Positions 47,564 through 58,026 of a stretch of 64,000 bases of DNA are shown here, piece by piece. How positions within the stretch are numbered: the stretch's first letter is position 1; every line of letters starts with the position of its first letter. Source of the DNA: an uncultured archaeon (lineage in GTDB: Archaea; Thermoplasmatota; Thermoplasmata; Thermoplasmatales; Thermoplasmataceae); NCBI GenBank assembly GCA_000965745.1, contig CP009479.1, positions 992,001 through 1,056,000 of the forward strand. Reading direction: 5' to 3'. The translations under genes were made by a program, and so were the position numbers. Under the pieces are notes generated by a model. It was given only the letters and a program-made list of their open reading frames with translations. It had not been told where the DNA came from and searched no databases.

Positions 47564-48715
47564 TCACACCAACGCTGCCCCTTCTGCCAGGGACCTTAGC
47601 TTTTTAACCGCCACCTGGTATGTTATATTGTCCTGCCATGAGAAGGTCTCAAACCCGCAATCTGTGCCTCCAAGAACTCTTTCGGGCCCGATCTCATCAA
47701 TCTCGGCAAGTGATTTGAGTTTTAGGGCAACTGCCTCGGGAGACTCTACAAATGGCGTTTTGACATCAATTACTCCTGCAGCTATGTTGAGTTGTTTAGG
47801 CCACCCATGTTCTCTGGCATAATTCCTTATTATCAGCGGATCACCGGCATGCCTGGGGTTTGCCATTTCTCCAACTAAAGTGCCGGCCTTGAGTTTCACG
47901 AGCTCAGGCAGTATATTCCCGTAGTGCGGATCGATTGTATGTGCACCTGAATAATTGCCGTAGCAGTAGTGCACCCTTACCCTGTCCTGAGGCAGGCCCG
48001 CTATAGCTTCATTTATGGCTTCCACGTGATATGGCAATGCATCGTTGAACTCAAATCCCCATGGGTCCTTGAAAATTGAGCCAACACCGATATCAGGGGC
48101 ATCAATCTGAAGGTCAACACCATCAACTGAGAGTATAGCCCTGTATTCCTTTGCGAGTTCCTTGGACAGGTCAAACAGAAACTCGTTGTGGTCCTTGTAT
48201 ACTCCCTTTCCTGTGTAGAATAGTGTGAGTATTCCAGGCGAGGGGGCATTCAGGAAGATCCTCTCAGCACCCTCTTCCTTTGCCAGCTTGACAAAGTCCT
48301 CAGCCTCTTTCTTCGCAAGCTTTTCCCCTGTGTACTGGAGCTTGTCCTCTATCTTGTCAAAGGCAAAGGGCGATCCGCCTGCGAATGCCTGGGCGAGTGG
48401 AGGGTTTGATTCCTGGAGCTCGTTGAAGAAATCGTCTCCTATCTGGGATATTATCTTCTCAGTCTTCGAAAATCCACTGAACCTGTTTGGAATGTAGGTG
48501 GTGTACCCTGACTTCCTCTGTTCCCCGTTGCTTATCCATGTGAGCCCCCTTTCTATGCCTCCCGGATGGAGTTGGTCCCTAATCGCTCTCCTCTCTGCCT
48601 TTTCAACAGTATCCCTGTGTTCGTCACTGATTTCCCCCGTTGGGGATTTCTTGAGGAGCTCCTCTATTTCAGGCGTTCTAAAATAGCTTCCAGTCATCGT
48701 GGTCCTAATTGTCAT
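47564..48715 (-). CDS. Cobalamin-independent methionine synthase II family (single-barrel MetE-like)
   Basis: TGS..R, LQIDAPD, HYCYGN, GVIDVK, TDCGFET Zn ligands. Confidence 0.87.
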   Translation of the reverse strand: MTIRTTMTGSYFRTPEIEELLKKSPTGEISDEHRDTVEKAERRAIRDQLHPGGIERGLTWISNGEQRKSGYTTYIPNRFSGFSKTEKIISQIGDDFFNELQESNPPLAQAFAGGSPFAFDKIEDKLQYTGEKLAKKEAEDFVKLAKEEGAERIFLNAPSPGILTLFYTGKGVYKDHNEFLFDLSKELAKEYRAILSVDGVDLQIDAPDIGVGSIFKDPWGFEFNDALPYHVEAINEAIAGLPQDRVRVHYCYGNYSGAHTIDPHYGNILPELVKLKAGTLVGEMANPRHAGDPLIIRNYAREHGWPKQLNIAAGVIDVKTPFVESPEAVALKLKSLAEIDEIGPERVLGGTDCGFETFSWQDNITYQVAVKKLRSLAEGAALV

Positions 48716-48822
48716 GCCTTAAACATGTGGATGTGGCATTTAGAAAGTTTTGATAAATATATTATTGAGGGTAATACCTCACAATGGGTTATTGCCCAAA
48801 GTAAGAATGATAACTGTTTCGA

Positions 48823-49974
48823 TCAGAAGGTTACCGGGAGGCTCTTTACGCCATACACCACAATTCCACCTATCGGTTCAAGTCTGGCATCCTTGTCAAT
48901 TATCAGCCTTCCGATGGAGTTGAACAGGACCTCCAGTGCGATCTTTGCCTCCAATCTTGCGAGTGGCGCGCCCAGGCAAAAGTGAATGCCTTCACCGAAG
49001 GCTATGTGCCTGTTCGGTGACCTTTCCGGATCAAAGGTCTCCGGCTCATTGAATTCAGACGGATCATGGTTCGCAGACCCAATCCAGGCAATCAATGGCT
49101 GGCCTTTCTTCAATTTATGCCCGCCTATTTCAGTATCTTTAGCGCAGGTCCGGAACATTGACTGGACAGGCGATCTGTATCTGAGAACCTCTTCTATTGC
49201 TGATGGGATGAGATCCGGGTTTTCCAGGACTTTCCCGTAGTCTGCAGGATTCCTGTCAAGTGTGAGAATCGCATTGGTTATCAGGTTCGTGGTTGTCTCA
49301 TTCCCTGCTACCAGCAGCAAAACACTGAATCCCAGAAGATCGAAGTGGGACAGTTTCTCGCCATCCACTTCGGCCTCTATCAGTGAGCTTATCAGATCAT
49401 TTCCAGGCTCCTTCCGTTTCTGCTCAATGATTTCGTTGAAATACATCCCCATTGCAATCTGGGGCTCTGAATATTCACCACCTTCGTCTGAGAAATTATC
49501 CCTTGCACCAGAGACAAGCTGATCCGACCATTTCTTGAATTTACCCCTGTCTTCAGGCGGTATTCCAAGCAATTCTGCTATAACAATTACTGGAAGCTGC
49601 CCCGAATAGTCGTTTACAAGATCAAACTTTCCGCTTTCCCTGAACCCGGAAATCAGCTCCTCTGCTATTTCTCTGATTCTCGGGGCAAGCTCGTTGACTC
49701 TTTTGGGCGTGAAAGCCTTTGAAACCAGGGACCTGAGTTTGGTGTGCCTGGGAGGATCTGAGCTTATGAGGCTGGCACCTATGGGATTCTCTTCAGATCC
49801 GCCCCTCCCCTCAGCTGAGGAGAAATAGGAATAATCTGAAAGCACCCTCTTTACGTCAGGGTATCTGAAAACATGCCAGAATCCGCTCTTGTCATCATAA
49901 AAGACAGGATTTTTCTCCCTCATCATTTCATACCATGGGAATGGATTCAGTGCGTCTCTAGTGATTTTCTCCAT
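48823..49974 (-). CDS. Cytochrome P450
   Basis: DPPRHTKLR, AGNETT, EEVLRY, FGEGIHFCLGAPLARLE. Confidence 0.97.
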   Translation of the reverse strand: MEKITRDALNPFPWYEMMREKNPVFYDDKSGFWHVFRYPDVKRVLSDYSYFSSAEGRGGSEENPIGASLISSDPPRHTKLRSLVSKAFTPKRVNELAPRIREIAEELISGFRESGKFDLVNDYSGQLPVIVIAELLGIPPEDRGKFKKWSDQLVSGARDNFSDEGGEYSEPQIAMGMYFNEIIEQKRKEPGNDLISSLIEAEVDGEKLSHFDLLGFSVLLLVAGNETTTNLITNAILTLDRNPADYGKVLENPDLIPSAIEEVLRYRSPVQSMFRTCAKDTEIGGHKLKKGQPLIAWIGSANHDPSEFNEPETFDPERSPNRHIAFGEGIHFCLGAPLARLEAKIALEVLFNSIGRLIIDKDARLEPIGGIVVYGVKSLPVTF

Positions 49975-50089
49975 TATACAATTAGTAAATTCACCCGCAA
50001 ATACTTAACTGAATGTGCAAGACCCTGAGGGCTTAACCTGTAAGCTGTTGCTGTTAAGAATCAGTTACTAGTAGATTAATCGAGAAAAA

Positions 50090-50848
50090 ATGAACAAACT
50101 GAAAGGAAAGGTCGCGATAGTTACAGGAGGGGCTTCCGGGATAGGGCGTGCCACAGCCGTACTTTTTTCAGGCGAAGGCTCCACTGTCGTTATCGCTGAC
50201 TTGAAGGACGATGAGGGGTCAAGGGTTGCTGAAGAAATAGGAAAGAATGGTGGAAAGGCCATTTTTGTCCATGTGGATGTATCTGAATCAGATCAGGTCA
50301 AGCAACTGGTAGAAAAGGCAGTCAAGGAGTTCGGCAGGCTCGACGTGATGTTTAACAATGCAGGAATAGAGGGGCCTGTCAAAAGAACAGAGGATTACCC
50401 GGTGGACACCTTTGACAAAGTTATATCAGTAAACATGAAAAGCGTATTTTATGGAATAAAACACTCTGTTGGTGAAATGAGGAAAGCTGGTGGCGGCTCA
50501 ATAATCAATACCGCGTCCATAGCCGGGCTTGTAGGATTCACGAACATGTGCGCCTATACCGCTTCCAAGGGAGGGGTGATACAGCTCACTAAAACCGCTG
50601 CCCTTGAATACGCCAGTGACAGGATCAGGGTGAATGCGATTGCTCCTGGGGTGATAAGCACACCTATGGTTGAACGCGCAGCAGAAGCTGATCCGGAAAT
50701 GATGGAGGGTATTAAGAAAGCGCATCCGCTTGGGAGGATGGGCACCCCGGACGAAATAGCAAAGGCAGCACTGTATCTCGCTTCAGAAGATTCATCTTTT
50801 GTAACAGGAACAGTACTGACCGTGGATGGCGGGTACGTAGCACAGTAA
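50090..50848 (+). CDS. Classical SDR oxidoreductase
   Basis: TGGASGIG, NNAG, S..YTASK, VDGG. Confidence 0.95.
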   Translation: MNKLKGKVAIVTGGASGIGRATAVLFSGEGSTVVIADLKDDEGSRVAEEIGKNGGKAIFVHVDVSESDQVKQLVEKAVKEFGRLDVMFNNAGIEGPVKRTEDYPVDTFDKVISVNMKSVFYGIKHSVGEMRKAGGGSIINTASIAGLVGFTNMCAYTASKGGVIQLTKTAALEYASDRIRVNAIAPGVISTPMVERAAEADPEMMEGIKKAHPLGRMGTPDEIAKAALYLASEDSSFVTGTVLTVDGGYVAQ

Positions 50849-50879
50849 TACCTGAAGATTGGGAGTCGGGACCGGAAAA

Positions 50880-51575
50880 TTATCTGGCCCGAACCTGCAA
50901 ATTTCGTACCCTTGGCTCAAGTAGTGTCCAGAGCCAGTCTACAAATTCCCTCATATTCTTTGTCTGAATGTACACCTCTCCAGGGCCTGTAACGTGGGTT
51001 ACAAACCCTTCGCCGCTCAGGATGGTTTCTTTGAGGCCACCAAATCCTGCCACCCTGTATGTGCAGGTTTCAGTGAATCCCACAAGGTGGAAATTGTCAA
51101 CAACAAGAGTCTCTCCCGCCTCTAGTGTGTGTTTGTCGATTGCGCCAAAGGTGTTAATGAAGAGGTCACCATCTCCATGTACGCGTATCATGAACAGCCC
51201 CTGGCCAAAGAGACCCTTGGTGAACCCTTCCCATTTTACGTCCAGGTCAAGGTCTCCGGTAGAGGCAACAAAAGCGCTCTTCTGTATGATCACTCCTGTT
51301 CCACCTGTGACATCCAACTTATCGATATCACCCACAGGTGCTGAAACGAAGGCAATTTTTCCAGGTCCGGTGTACCGGTTGACAAAGAAGGTCTGACCGC
51401 CGAACAGCTTTAGCCCAAGGGTCCCGAAGAATCCTCTTTCCCTCATTGTAGTCCTGACGTCCACAGTCGGATCCATGTAAGTCATTGCGCCCGCTTCCGC
51501 CGTGATCATATCACCCGCTTCAAGTTTTACGGTGAGCAGAGAGTAGCTTGGCTTGTATTTTATTTCATAATCCAT
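50880..51575 (-). CDS. TIGR00266/AIM24 family protein
   Basis: AEAGAM, FFVN.Y, GQGLF, VDNFHLV, SGEGFV..VTGPG.VYIQT. Confidence 0.9.
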   Translation of the reverse strand: MDYEIKYKPSYSLLTVKLEAGDMITAEAGAMTYMDPTVDVRTTMRERGFFGTLGLKLFGGQTFFVNRYTGPGKIAFVSAPVGDIDKLDVTGGTGVIIQKSAFVASTGDLDLDVKWEGFTKGLFGQGLFMIRVHGDGDLFINTFGAIDKHTLEAGETLVVDNFHLVGFTETCTYRVAGFGGLKETILSGEGFVTHVTGPGEVYIQTKNMREFVDWLWTLLEPRVRNLQVRAR

Positions 51576-51693
51576 GTTCCATTCTAGTTTCAAAATCCAT
51601 ATCTATATTGCGTATCAATAGTAGAGTGTCCGAAGTGCCTAGCAACGTTCTGACAGGGGAAAGTTAACATAGGCCGAATATTAGGGGAAGAAC

Positions 51694-52056
51694 ATGGATC
51701 TTGAAGATTTAAAGGCACACATAACAGATTTCATTGACAAGCGTGACTGGAGACAGTTTCAAACCACGAAGGACCTCGCAGAAAGCGCATCCGTAGAATC
51801 AAATGAACTCCTGGAACTCTTTATTTGGAGGAATGGAAGGGAGATGGATGAGCATCTCAGATCCGAAGAAGGAAATGATATGCTTGAAAACGTGAAAAAT
51901 GAAACCTCTGATGTCCTATTCGCATGTCTTGCCATTGCTGAGCACCTTGGATTCAGCCTTGAAGACGCATTTCTGACAAAACTGAAAGAGCTTGACGAGA
52001 GATATGCAGTTGAAAAGGTCAAGGGAAAAGTCGTGAAAATCCCCTCAAAAAAATAG
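51694..52056 (+). CDS. MazG-like nucleotide pyrophosphohydrolase
   Basis: RDWRQF..KDLA....E.NELLE.F.W, E.SDV. Confidence 0.88.
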   Translation: MDLEDLKAHITDFIDKRDWRQFQTTKDLAESASVESNELLELFIWRNGREMDEHLRSEEGNDMLENVKNETSDVLFACLAIAEHLGFSLEDAFLTKLKELDERYAVEKVKGKVVKIPSKK

Positions 52057-52246
52057 CTACGGGCGGGGTGAATACACAATAGCGTCAATTTCACAAAGCA
52101 GCACCTGCAGGGATGTTATCATGCAGCAGCAAGCAAACGATACTCTCACTGCTTGACTGCAGGAGTGGAATATGGAGTTTGAAATGACATTGGAGGATTT
52201 TGGCTTATCTTCTTAATTCAAAAGAAAGGTTGGGGGAGGGCGAATG

Positions 52247-52432
52247 TCAGTCCCCGTTCCCGTGGATGAAATATTCCCCATATACGGGATCATTGGAATT
52301 TGGGCTTTCGTATTTCTTCTTCTCACTGAGATAACCCTGGACGATCTGATTTATTCTTTCGGGTGCATCCATAGACTCCTCCAGAAGTTCCTCATATAGC
52401 TCTTTACGTATTCGTACGCTTGGCATTACCAT
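52247..52432 (-). CDS. Small ribbon-helix-helix-like protein
   Basis: MPSVRIRKELYEELL...ERINQIVQGYL; TTTATAA at 52451-52457 upstream. Confidence 0.55.
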   Translation of the reverse strand: MVMPSVRIRKELYEELLEESMDAPERINQIVQGYLSEKKKYESPNSNDPVYGEYFIHGNGD

Positions 52433-52656
52433 TCGAACTGCAACCCAATATTTATAATTTGCTGAACTGCGATTCGGCAATTAACGAAAAAAATCGTCGA
52501 ATTTTCAGCGGGTTACTACTTTATTGAGGGCCTTATATACAATTGAAAATCTCTGTACACATCTCATGCTGTCTTGTTTTGTCAAAGCCGAGCCTCTTGA
52601 ATTCACGAACCTAAATAATTCCGGATGAAAGATATGCGGCCAAAAAAACTCTGTAA

Positions 52657-52731
52657 TGGGGCCGACCGGATTTGAACCGGTGGCCTCCCGGTTATCAGCC
52701 GGGTGCTCCGACCATGCTAAGCTACGGCCCC
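52657..52731 (-). tRNA. tRNA-Ile(GAT)
   Basis: GGGGCCG/CGGCCCC acceptor, CCCGG-CTGATAA-CCGGG, GGTTCAAATCC. Confidence 0.96.
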
Positions 52732-52833
52732 AATGGTCAAACAATACTTTTTTGCGCGACTGGAAAATAACATATCGTGCCGGCTAAAATCGGGGCAGAA
52801 TAGATAAAAGTTTCTAGCGGAACTTCCATTAAA

Positions 52834-53772
52834 TTATCCGGAGTTGTTCTCCATGATTTTCTGAAGCTCCTCAAGGTCGCTGCAAACCACACAAAGTTCT
52901 GAGGCAGTAGGTGAGCCGCATTTTTTGCATTTTCCAAGTTCTGATGGAGGAAAGCTCGTGTCAAGCGAATTCCTGATTGTGTCAAGGAAATTTACAATCG
53001 CAAATTTTGTTCCAGGGTTTTCATTCTCCAGATCTGACACAATTGACCTGAACTTGTTCCTGTTCGCCTGGGCATAATAGGGGCACCATCCACCTTCAAA
53101 CTCTATTCCATTGACCACAGCGTAAAGCATGACTTCCTTCTCAGGTATCTTCCTGAGCGGCAGGACCCTGGGCACCAACCCGTCCTGGCTCTTTGTGTGG
53201 GGCGCCATTCGTGCCATCCTCTTCACATCGCCCTTCGCCACATTCATCATTATGGACTGTGCATAATCGTCCAGGTTGATTCCGAGGGCCACATAATCTC
53301 CCTTCTGGTAATCCGAGACCCTGTTCATCAGCTGCCGCCTCATTGGGCCGCAATGGGCACACGGTATGGTCCTCCCTCCGTCTGCACTCACTATCTCGTC
53401 CATGGTGTACCCGAAACTCTCTTTGTAGGAAATGGTTTCATGGGGGATGCCTAGCTTATTGCTCAAAGACCTCGCAGCTGAAAGCCCTGCACTCCTGTAG
53501 CCTTCAATTCCCTCGTCTACCGTGAATGCAGAGAGCTCAATGTTCCTCCTTTCGGATAATATCTTATGCAGGAGGTGTAGAGTTACAGAACTGTCTTTGC
53601 CCCCTGAAATTGCAACAGAAACCCTGGTTTTCCTGCTGCCGACATTGAGCTGCTGCCTCACCTCCTGTTTCACTCTCCGCTCAACGTATTGGGTAAGGTG
53701 TTTGCCACAAAGGGCGCTCCCATTGTACTTAACCTCGTATACAGATTTCTCGTGGCAGAAAGAGCATTTCAT
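52834..53772 (-). CDS. ncsA: tRNA 2-thiolation protein (NcsA/TtuA, TIGR00269)
   Basis: Zn fingers, SGGKDS PP-loop, CAHC, CPY, C-terminal CxxC..CxxC. Confidence 0.88.
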   Translation of the reverse strand: MKCSFCHEKSVYEVKYNGSALCGKHLTQYVERRVKQEVRQQLNVGSRKTRVSVAISGGKDSSVTLHLLHKILSERRNIELSAFTVDEGIEGYRSAGLSAARSLSNKLGIPHETISYKESFGYTMDEIVSADGGRTIPCAHCGPMRRQLMNRVSDYQKGDYVALGINLDDYAQSIMMNVAKGDVKRMARMAPHTKSQDGLVPRVLPLRKIPEKEVMLYAVVNGIEFEGGWCPYYAQANRNKFRSIVSDLENENPGTKFAIVNFLDTIRNSLDTSFPPSELGKCKKCGSPTASELCVVCSDLEELQKIMENNSG

Positions 53773-53887
53773 AGTATGATTACCAAATATTCCTTTAGAT
53801 GTGGATAAAACTCAGTGTCATTAACATTACTGATTCTTAAAACCAGAAGTTCGACAAAAACTTAAACATGCCAATCATATCATAGCT

Positions 53888-55330
53888 ATGGATCTAGAGT
53901 CTTTCAAAGGAAAGCCCGAAGCATCGGGAGCAACCGTTTTTGTATGTGCTTTTTTCGAAGATTACACTTCTCCCGAGGGTTTGTCATTCAGCAAGAAGTT
54001 AGGGCTCGAGAAGGTTTTTAAATCACTGAACTTCAAATCTGAGTACAAGGAATGCATAACAGTTCCTTCAGATTCCATAACACTCATCGCTGTCGGAATG
54101 GGAAAAAAGGGCGAGTCAAGTGTGGAGAGGTTCAGGGTGATGTATTCAAGGGGTCTGGCTGAAGCAAGGAAACTTAACCCTTCCACCGTGGCCTATGCCA
54201 TGAGTGGCGTGATGGAACCTGAAATGGAAGCCTATGAAATATCATACACATGCAGGGTAACCGAATACAGATTCTCGGAATTCAAGTCCGACAGGGAAAA
54301 ATCAAACATCGGAAAGGTTCTCGTGGCGTCTGAAAAAGACCTCTCAGAACCGGTGAGAAAGGGAGATGTAGTGGGAAAAGCCACAAACCTTACTCGCGAC
54401 ATGGCAAACATGCCCCCATCCAGGGGGACACCGTCTTTCTTCGAAAAGAAAGCAAAGGAGATACCGGGACTCAAGGTCACGGTCCTTGGAAGGGAAGACT
54501 TCCTCAAATTGGGGATGGGCGGCCTTGAAGGCGTATCAAGAGCTGCAACCGAACCTGGAAAGCTCATAATTGCAGAATACAAGAATTCAGACGAACCTCC
54601 AATACTGCTTGTCGGAAAAGGTATAACATTTGACAGCGGGGGCATATCTATCAAGCCGTCCCAGGGGATGGAAGAGATGAAGTTCGACAAGTGTGGCGCC
54701 TCGGCGGTGCTTGGTGCGATGAGTGCAATTTCTGGCATGAAACTGAAGGCCCATGTAATAGGAATGATGCCGCTTACCGAAAACCTTCCAGGGGGAAATG
54801 CATACAAGCCTGGAGACATTCTGAAGCACTACAATGGCAAGACCTCTGAAATCATAAGCACCGACGCTGAAGGGAGGCTTGTGCTGTCTGATGCGCTTTC
54901 CTATGGCGTTGAGAAATTCAACCCGAAGTTTGTTGTTGACCTCGCCACGCTTACTGGTGCCTGCGTGATTGCACTGGGAAACAACATAGCCGGCCTTATG
55001 ACAAACAATGAGTCAATGAACGAGAAACTCATGAAGGCGTCTGAGAACACCTGGGAAAGACTCTGGCCTCTTCCAATCGATGAGGATTTCAAAGAGCAGA
55101 TCAAGAGTGAGGTTGCAGACATCAAGAACGTTGGGGGAAGGGCAGGCGGCTCCGAAACTGCCGGGGCATTCCTGAGCAATTTTGTTGGAGACAAGCCATG
55201 GGCACATCTTGACATCGCAGGCACGGCATGGAGCCAGGAACACACCGCAAAGAAGGACTATCTCTCAAAGGGTTCAACCGGTTTCGGTACAAGGCTGCTT
55301 TTCGAGCTGGTTTCAAACGAAATAAAATAA
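53888..55330 (+). CDS. pepA: Leucyl aminopeptidase (M17)
   Basis: GKGITFDSGG..IK, MKFDKCG, TDAEGRL, TLTGA, HLDIAG. Confidence 0.95.
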   Translation: MDLESFKGKPEASGATVFVCAFFEDYTSPEGLSFSKKLGLEKVFKSLNFKSEYKECITVPSDSITLIAVGMGKKGESSVERFRVMYSRGLAEARKLNPSTVAYAMSGVMEPEMEAYEISYTCRVTEYRFSEFKSDREKSNIGKVLVASEKDLSEPVRKGDVVGKATNLTRDMANMPPSRGTPSFFEKKAKEIPGLKVTVLGREDFLKLGMGGLEGVSRAATEPGKLIIAEYKNSDEPPILLVGKGITFDSGGISIKPSQGMEEMKFDKCGASAVLGAMSAISGMKLKAHVIGMMPLTENLPGGNAYKPGDILKHYNGKTSEIISTDAEGRLVLSDALSYGVEKFNPKFVVDLATLTGACVIALGNNIAGLMTNNESMNEKLMKASENTWERLWPLPIDEDFKEQIKSEVADIKNVGGRAGGSETAGAFLSNFVGDKPWAHLDIAGTAWSQEHTAKKDYLSKGSTGFGTRLLFELVSNEIK

Positions 55331-55363
55331 GCACATGAAGCAGTGGATTTCCCACCGCTCTAA

Positions 55364-57160
55364 TTAATCCGCAAAAGAATACTCTATTTTTTTCCCACTT
55401 TTTATGGCCTTGTAAAGCGCAGAACCTGTGTCGCTTAAGATCCTGAGGCGGACAACTCCCCTGGCTGAGCTCTTTGCACTCAGGACAAGGATATCGTCAA
55501 CGTAGAACCTGACCTGCTTGTTCTGGGCTCCAACATCGATGTAGATGTTCTTGTTCTTGATCTCGATGTGGGCAATTTCCCTGTCCGAATAGGTCCTCTC
55601 AAGGTTTGGCTCAACATCTATCTTCAGGTTCAGTTTCTTCTCAAGGTTTGATATGTTCACGCCTTTCTTTCCTATGAGCTGTGGTATGAATTCCTCGTCC
55701 ACTCTCACCTGGACCCTTCCGTCGTCAATGAACTTGACATATACGCGATCTGTGCCCAGGCGCTTCTTGAGCTCTCTCACTATGACTTCAGACGCGAGTT
55801 TCTGAACAGCACTTCCTGCCTTTGCAGTGGTTATGGGAACAACCACAATCTGCTCGCCGAAGCTGTATATCTCATAAACGGGCTCCCCGGAGTAGAAGTC
55901 ATCAATCACTATCACTGGCCGTGCAAGGTCCTCCTGGCTCATTCCGCTGGGAACCTTGACGGTATACTTTACAGTGAGAACTTTCCCTATCGCACCCTTA
56001 TCGACAAAAAGGACGGTGTCGATCACCTGCGGGATAAGCCCAAGTTCTATTCTACCAATGAATCTCTGAACTGCATCAATCGGCCTGGTCGCATGTACAA
56101 CACCGACCATGCCTACTCCTGCGAGCCTTAGGTCTGCATACACCCTGAAATCGGAAGTAACCCTCATCTCATCGAAAATGGAGTAGTCGCTTCTTACAAG
56201 GAGGAGTATGTCCCCCGTCTTCTCCATGGACCCTTCCAGTCCTGTATACTGTGTGATCTCCTTTGCAACCTGCAGATCCCTGGGTTTTTCCATTGTCTTC
56301 ACCAGCTTGTTCTTTGAACTGTAGAATTCAGCCAGTGCCTGGACAAAGGTGCTCTTTCCCGCACCGGGAGATCCTGCCACAAGAATCCCGTTTGCCTGGC
56401 TCTCAAGTCTTGCTATCAATGCATCAGGCAGATTGTATTCGTCAAGCGACAGCTTCTTGATCGGCCTCACAGCAGTTATTTCAAGATCGTCCGAGAACGG
56501 GGGCCTTGTTATGACGATCCTGATGTTCCTGAGCTGGATCACAGTGGCCCCATGCATGTCCATCTCAATGAAAGACTGTTCCTCGAGTTTCCCCCGCTTC
56601 ACTATGTTGCTTGCTATGTTTTCCAGATCTGACGTGGCAACAGGGTCCTTAAGCTTCTCGTATACAACTTTGCCCGGGTAGCCTTTCTTGACCAGAGGAT
56701 GCATCTCAGCTTTAAGGTGAACTGACGTTGTTATCTCATCGAAGAATTCCTCAATGTTCCGGATAATCGTTTCCGGATGCGGCAGGAACTTGACCTCAAC
56801 TCCTTTTATCTCTGCAAGGTCCCTCTGTATATTATCTCCGGTCACAAGAGTAGCATCGTTCTCGGCTGCAACTGACCTGATAACTTCATCGATCTCGCCG
56901 CTCTTCGCTCTTCTGATCTGCCAGTCTGAGGGGCGCCTTCCCTGAATGTCAATGTAGATCTTACCCGTCTCTGCAAGCTCCCGCAGGCGTTTCAGCTCCC
57001 CGAGGGCAGCAAACCCTATAGATCTCCCCTCATTTGCCTGGTGCTCGACCTCGGCCAGCATCGCCTCGGCCAGAATGACTCTGCATTCTTCCTCGAGGCC
57101 TGTTATGAATGTATAGAATCTTCCGTCTACTATTACAGATGTATCAGGTACGTAGTCCAC
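55364..57160 (-). CDS. PIN-domain ATPase with KH domain (PINA, Holliday-junction branch migration)
   Basis: PDTSVIVDG PIN, GSPGAGKSTF, DEMR, LIGKKG KH. Confidence 0.92.
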   Translation of the reverse strand: MDYVPDTSVIVDGRFYTFITGLEEECRVILAEAMLAEVEHQANEGRSIGFAALGELKRLRELAETGKIYIDIQGRRPSDWQIRRAKSGEIDEVIRSVAAENDATLVTGDNIQRDLAEIKGVEVKFLPHPETIIRNIEEFFDEITTSVHLKAEMHPLVKKGYPGKVVYEKLKDPVATSDLENIASNIVKRGKLEEQSFIEMDMHGATVIQLRNIRIVITRPPFSDDLEITAVRPIKKLSLDEYNLPDALIARLESQANGILVAGSPGAGKSTFVQALAEFYSSKNKLVKTMEKPRDLQVAKEITQYTGLEGSMEKTGDILLLVRSDYSIFDEMRVTSDFRVYADLRLAGVGMVGVVHATRPIDAVQRFIGRIELGLIPQVIDTVLFVDKGAIGKVLTVKYTVKVPSGMSQEDLARPVIVIDDFYSGEPVYEIYSFGEQIVVVPITTAKAGSAVQKLASEVIVRELKKRLGTDRVYVKFIDDGRVQVRVDEEFIPQLIGKKGVNISNLEKKLNLKIDVEPNLERTYSDREIAHIEIKNKNIYIDVGAQNKQVRFYVDDILVLSAKSSARGVVRLRILSDTGSALYKAIKSGKKIEYSFAD

Positions 57161-57252
57161 ACTTCCAGAATTTGTTGTTCCTATTAAGGAATTCTAAGGG
57201 ATTGGCAATGATTAAATCTTCCAAGTTATTAGGCTGAACCAGGAACCACGGT

Positions 57253-57981
57253 ATGAGAAATCAACCAGAAAAGGTGGCAGAAAGGGTGGCAGAAATACTG
57301 AAATCCGTTCTGACCGGAACTAACTACGGCACCGCACTAGCGTATTCAGGAGGCCTGGACAGCTCTGTCCTCATGGCAGCGTCAGGAATGTCGCTCAGGC
57401 CTTATGCCGTGGGTTTGGAAGGATCCAGGGATATCCGCAATGCAAAAGACGCCTCGGAATTGCTCGGTTTCCCCCTCAATGAGATCACTATAGGAAAAGA
57501 TGAAGTCGTAAGATACAGTGAAACCCTTGTGGAGATAGACCCTGAAATCACACGACTGGAACTTGGCTACGAAATAGTCCTTGCGGCAGTGCTTGACAAT
57601 GCGGAAGAAAGAAGTGTTGTAACGGGGCAGGGTGCAGACGAACTGTTCTACGGGTACAGAAGGTTTCTTGACAATCAGGATCTGGGCAACGCTTCACACC
57701 TTGAGAAATTACACGATAAGACGCTTCCAAGGGAACTCAGGCTTGCAGAACACTTCGGGAAAGAGCTGATCACCCCTTTCCTCAATGAAGAAATTATGGA
57801 ACTTGCGGGATCCCTGGGGAGGGATGACCACATCAGGGGCGGCCTTAACAAAGTGGTTCTAAGAAAGGCTGCGTCCATCCTGGGCCTACCCGACGTGATA
57901 GTCAACAGGCCTAAAAAAGCTGCACAGTATGGTTCGGGTGTGGCTAAGGTGCTTTTGGGGCTTCAAAACATGCACGATTGA
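57253..57981 (+). CDS. Asparagine synthase C-terminal (PP-loop) domain protein
   Basis: AYSGGLDSS, TGQGADELFYGY, PFL, NKVVLR, RPKKAAQYGSG; no glutaminase domain. Confidence 0.88.
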   Translation: MRNQPEKVAERVAEILKSVLTGTNYGTALAYSGGLDSSVLMAASGMSLRPYAVGLEGSRDIRNAKDASELLGFPLNEITIGKDEVVRYSETLVEIDPEITRLELGYEIVLAAVLDNAEERSVVTGQGADELFYGYRRFLDNQDLGNASHLEKLHDKTLPRELRLAEHFGKELITPFLNEEIMELAGSLGRDDHIRGGLNKVVLRKAASILGLPDVIVNRPKKAAQYGSGVAKVLLGLQNMHD

Positions 57982-58026
57982 CACTTGGCAGAAGAGGTAT
58001 GATGTTTGCCGGCTAAACCTTCAGCA

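Noticed and set aside
44425-52731. Intact integrative element or provirus at the tRNAs
   Set aside because: No integrase, no duplicated tRNA 3' end, no viral or plasmid genes
52505-52985. ORFs 52505..52744 and 52737..52985 (also 44299..44535)
   Set aside because: They overlap tRNA genes or ncsA; spurious
43174-54819. Long antisense ORFs such as 43174..43875, 46527..47180 and 54232..54819
   Set aside because: Shadow frames of well-supported genes, with no motifs of their own
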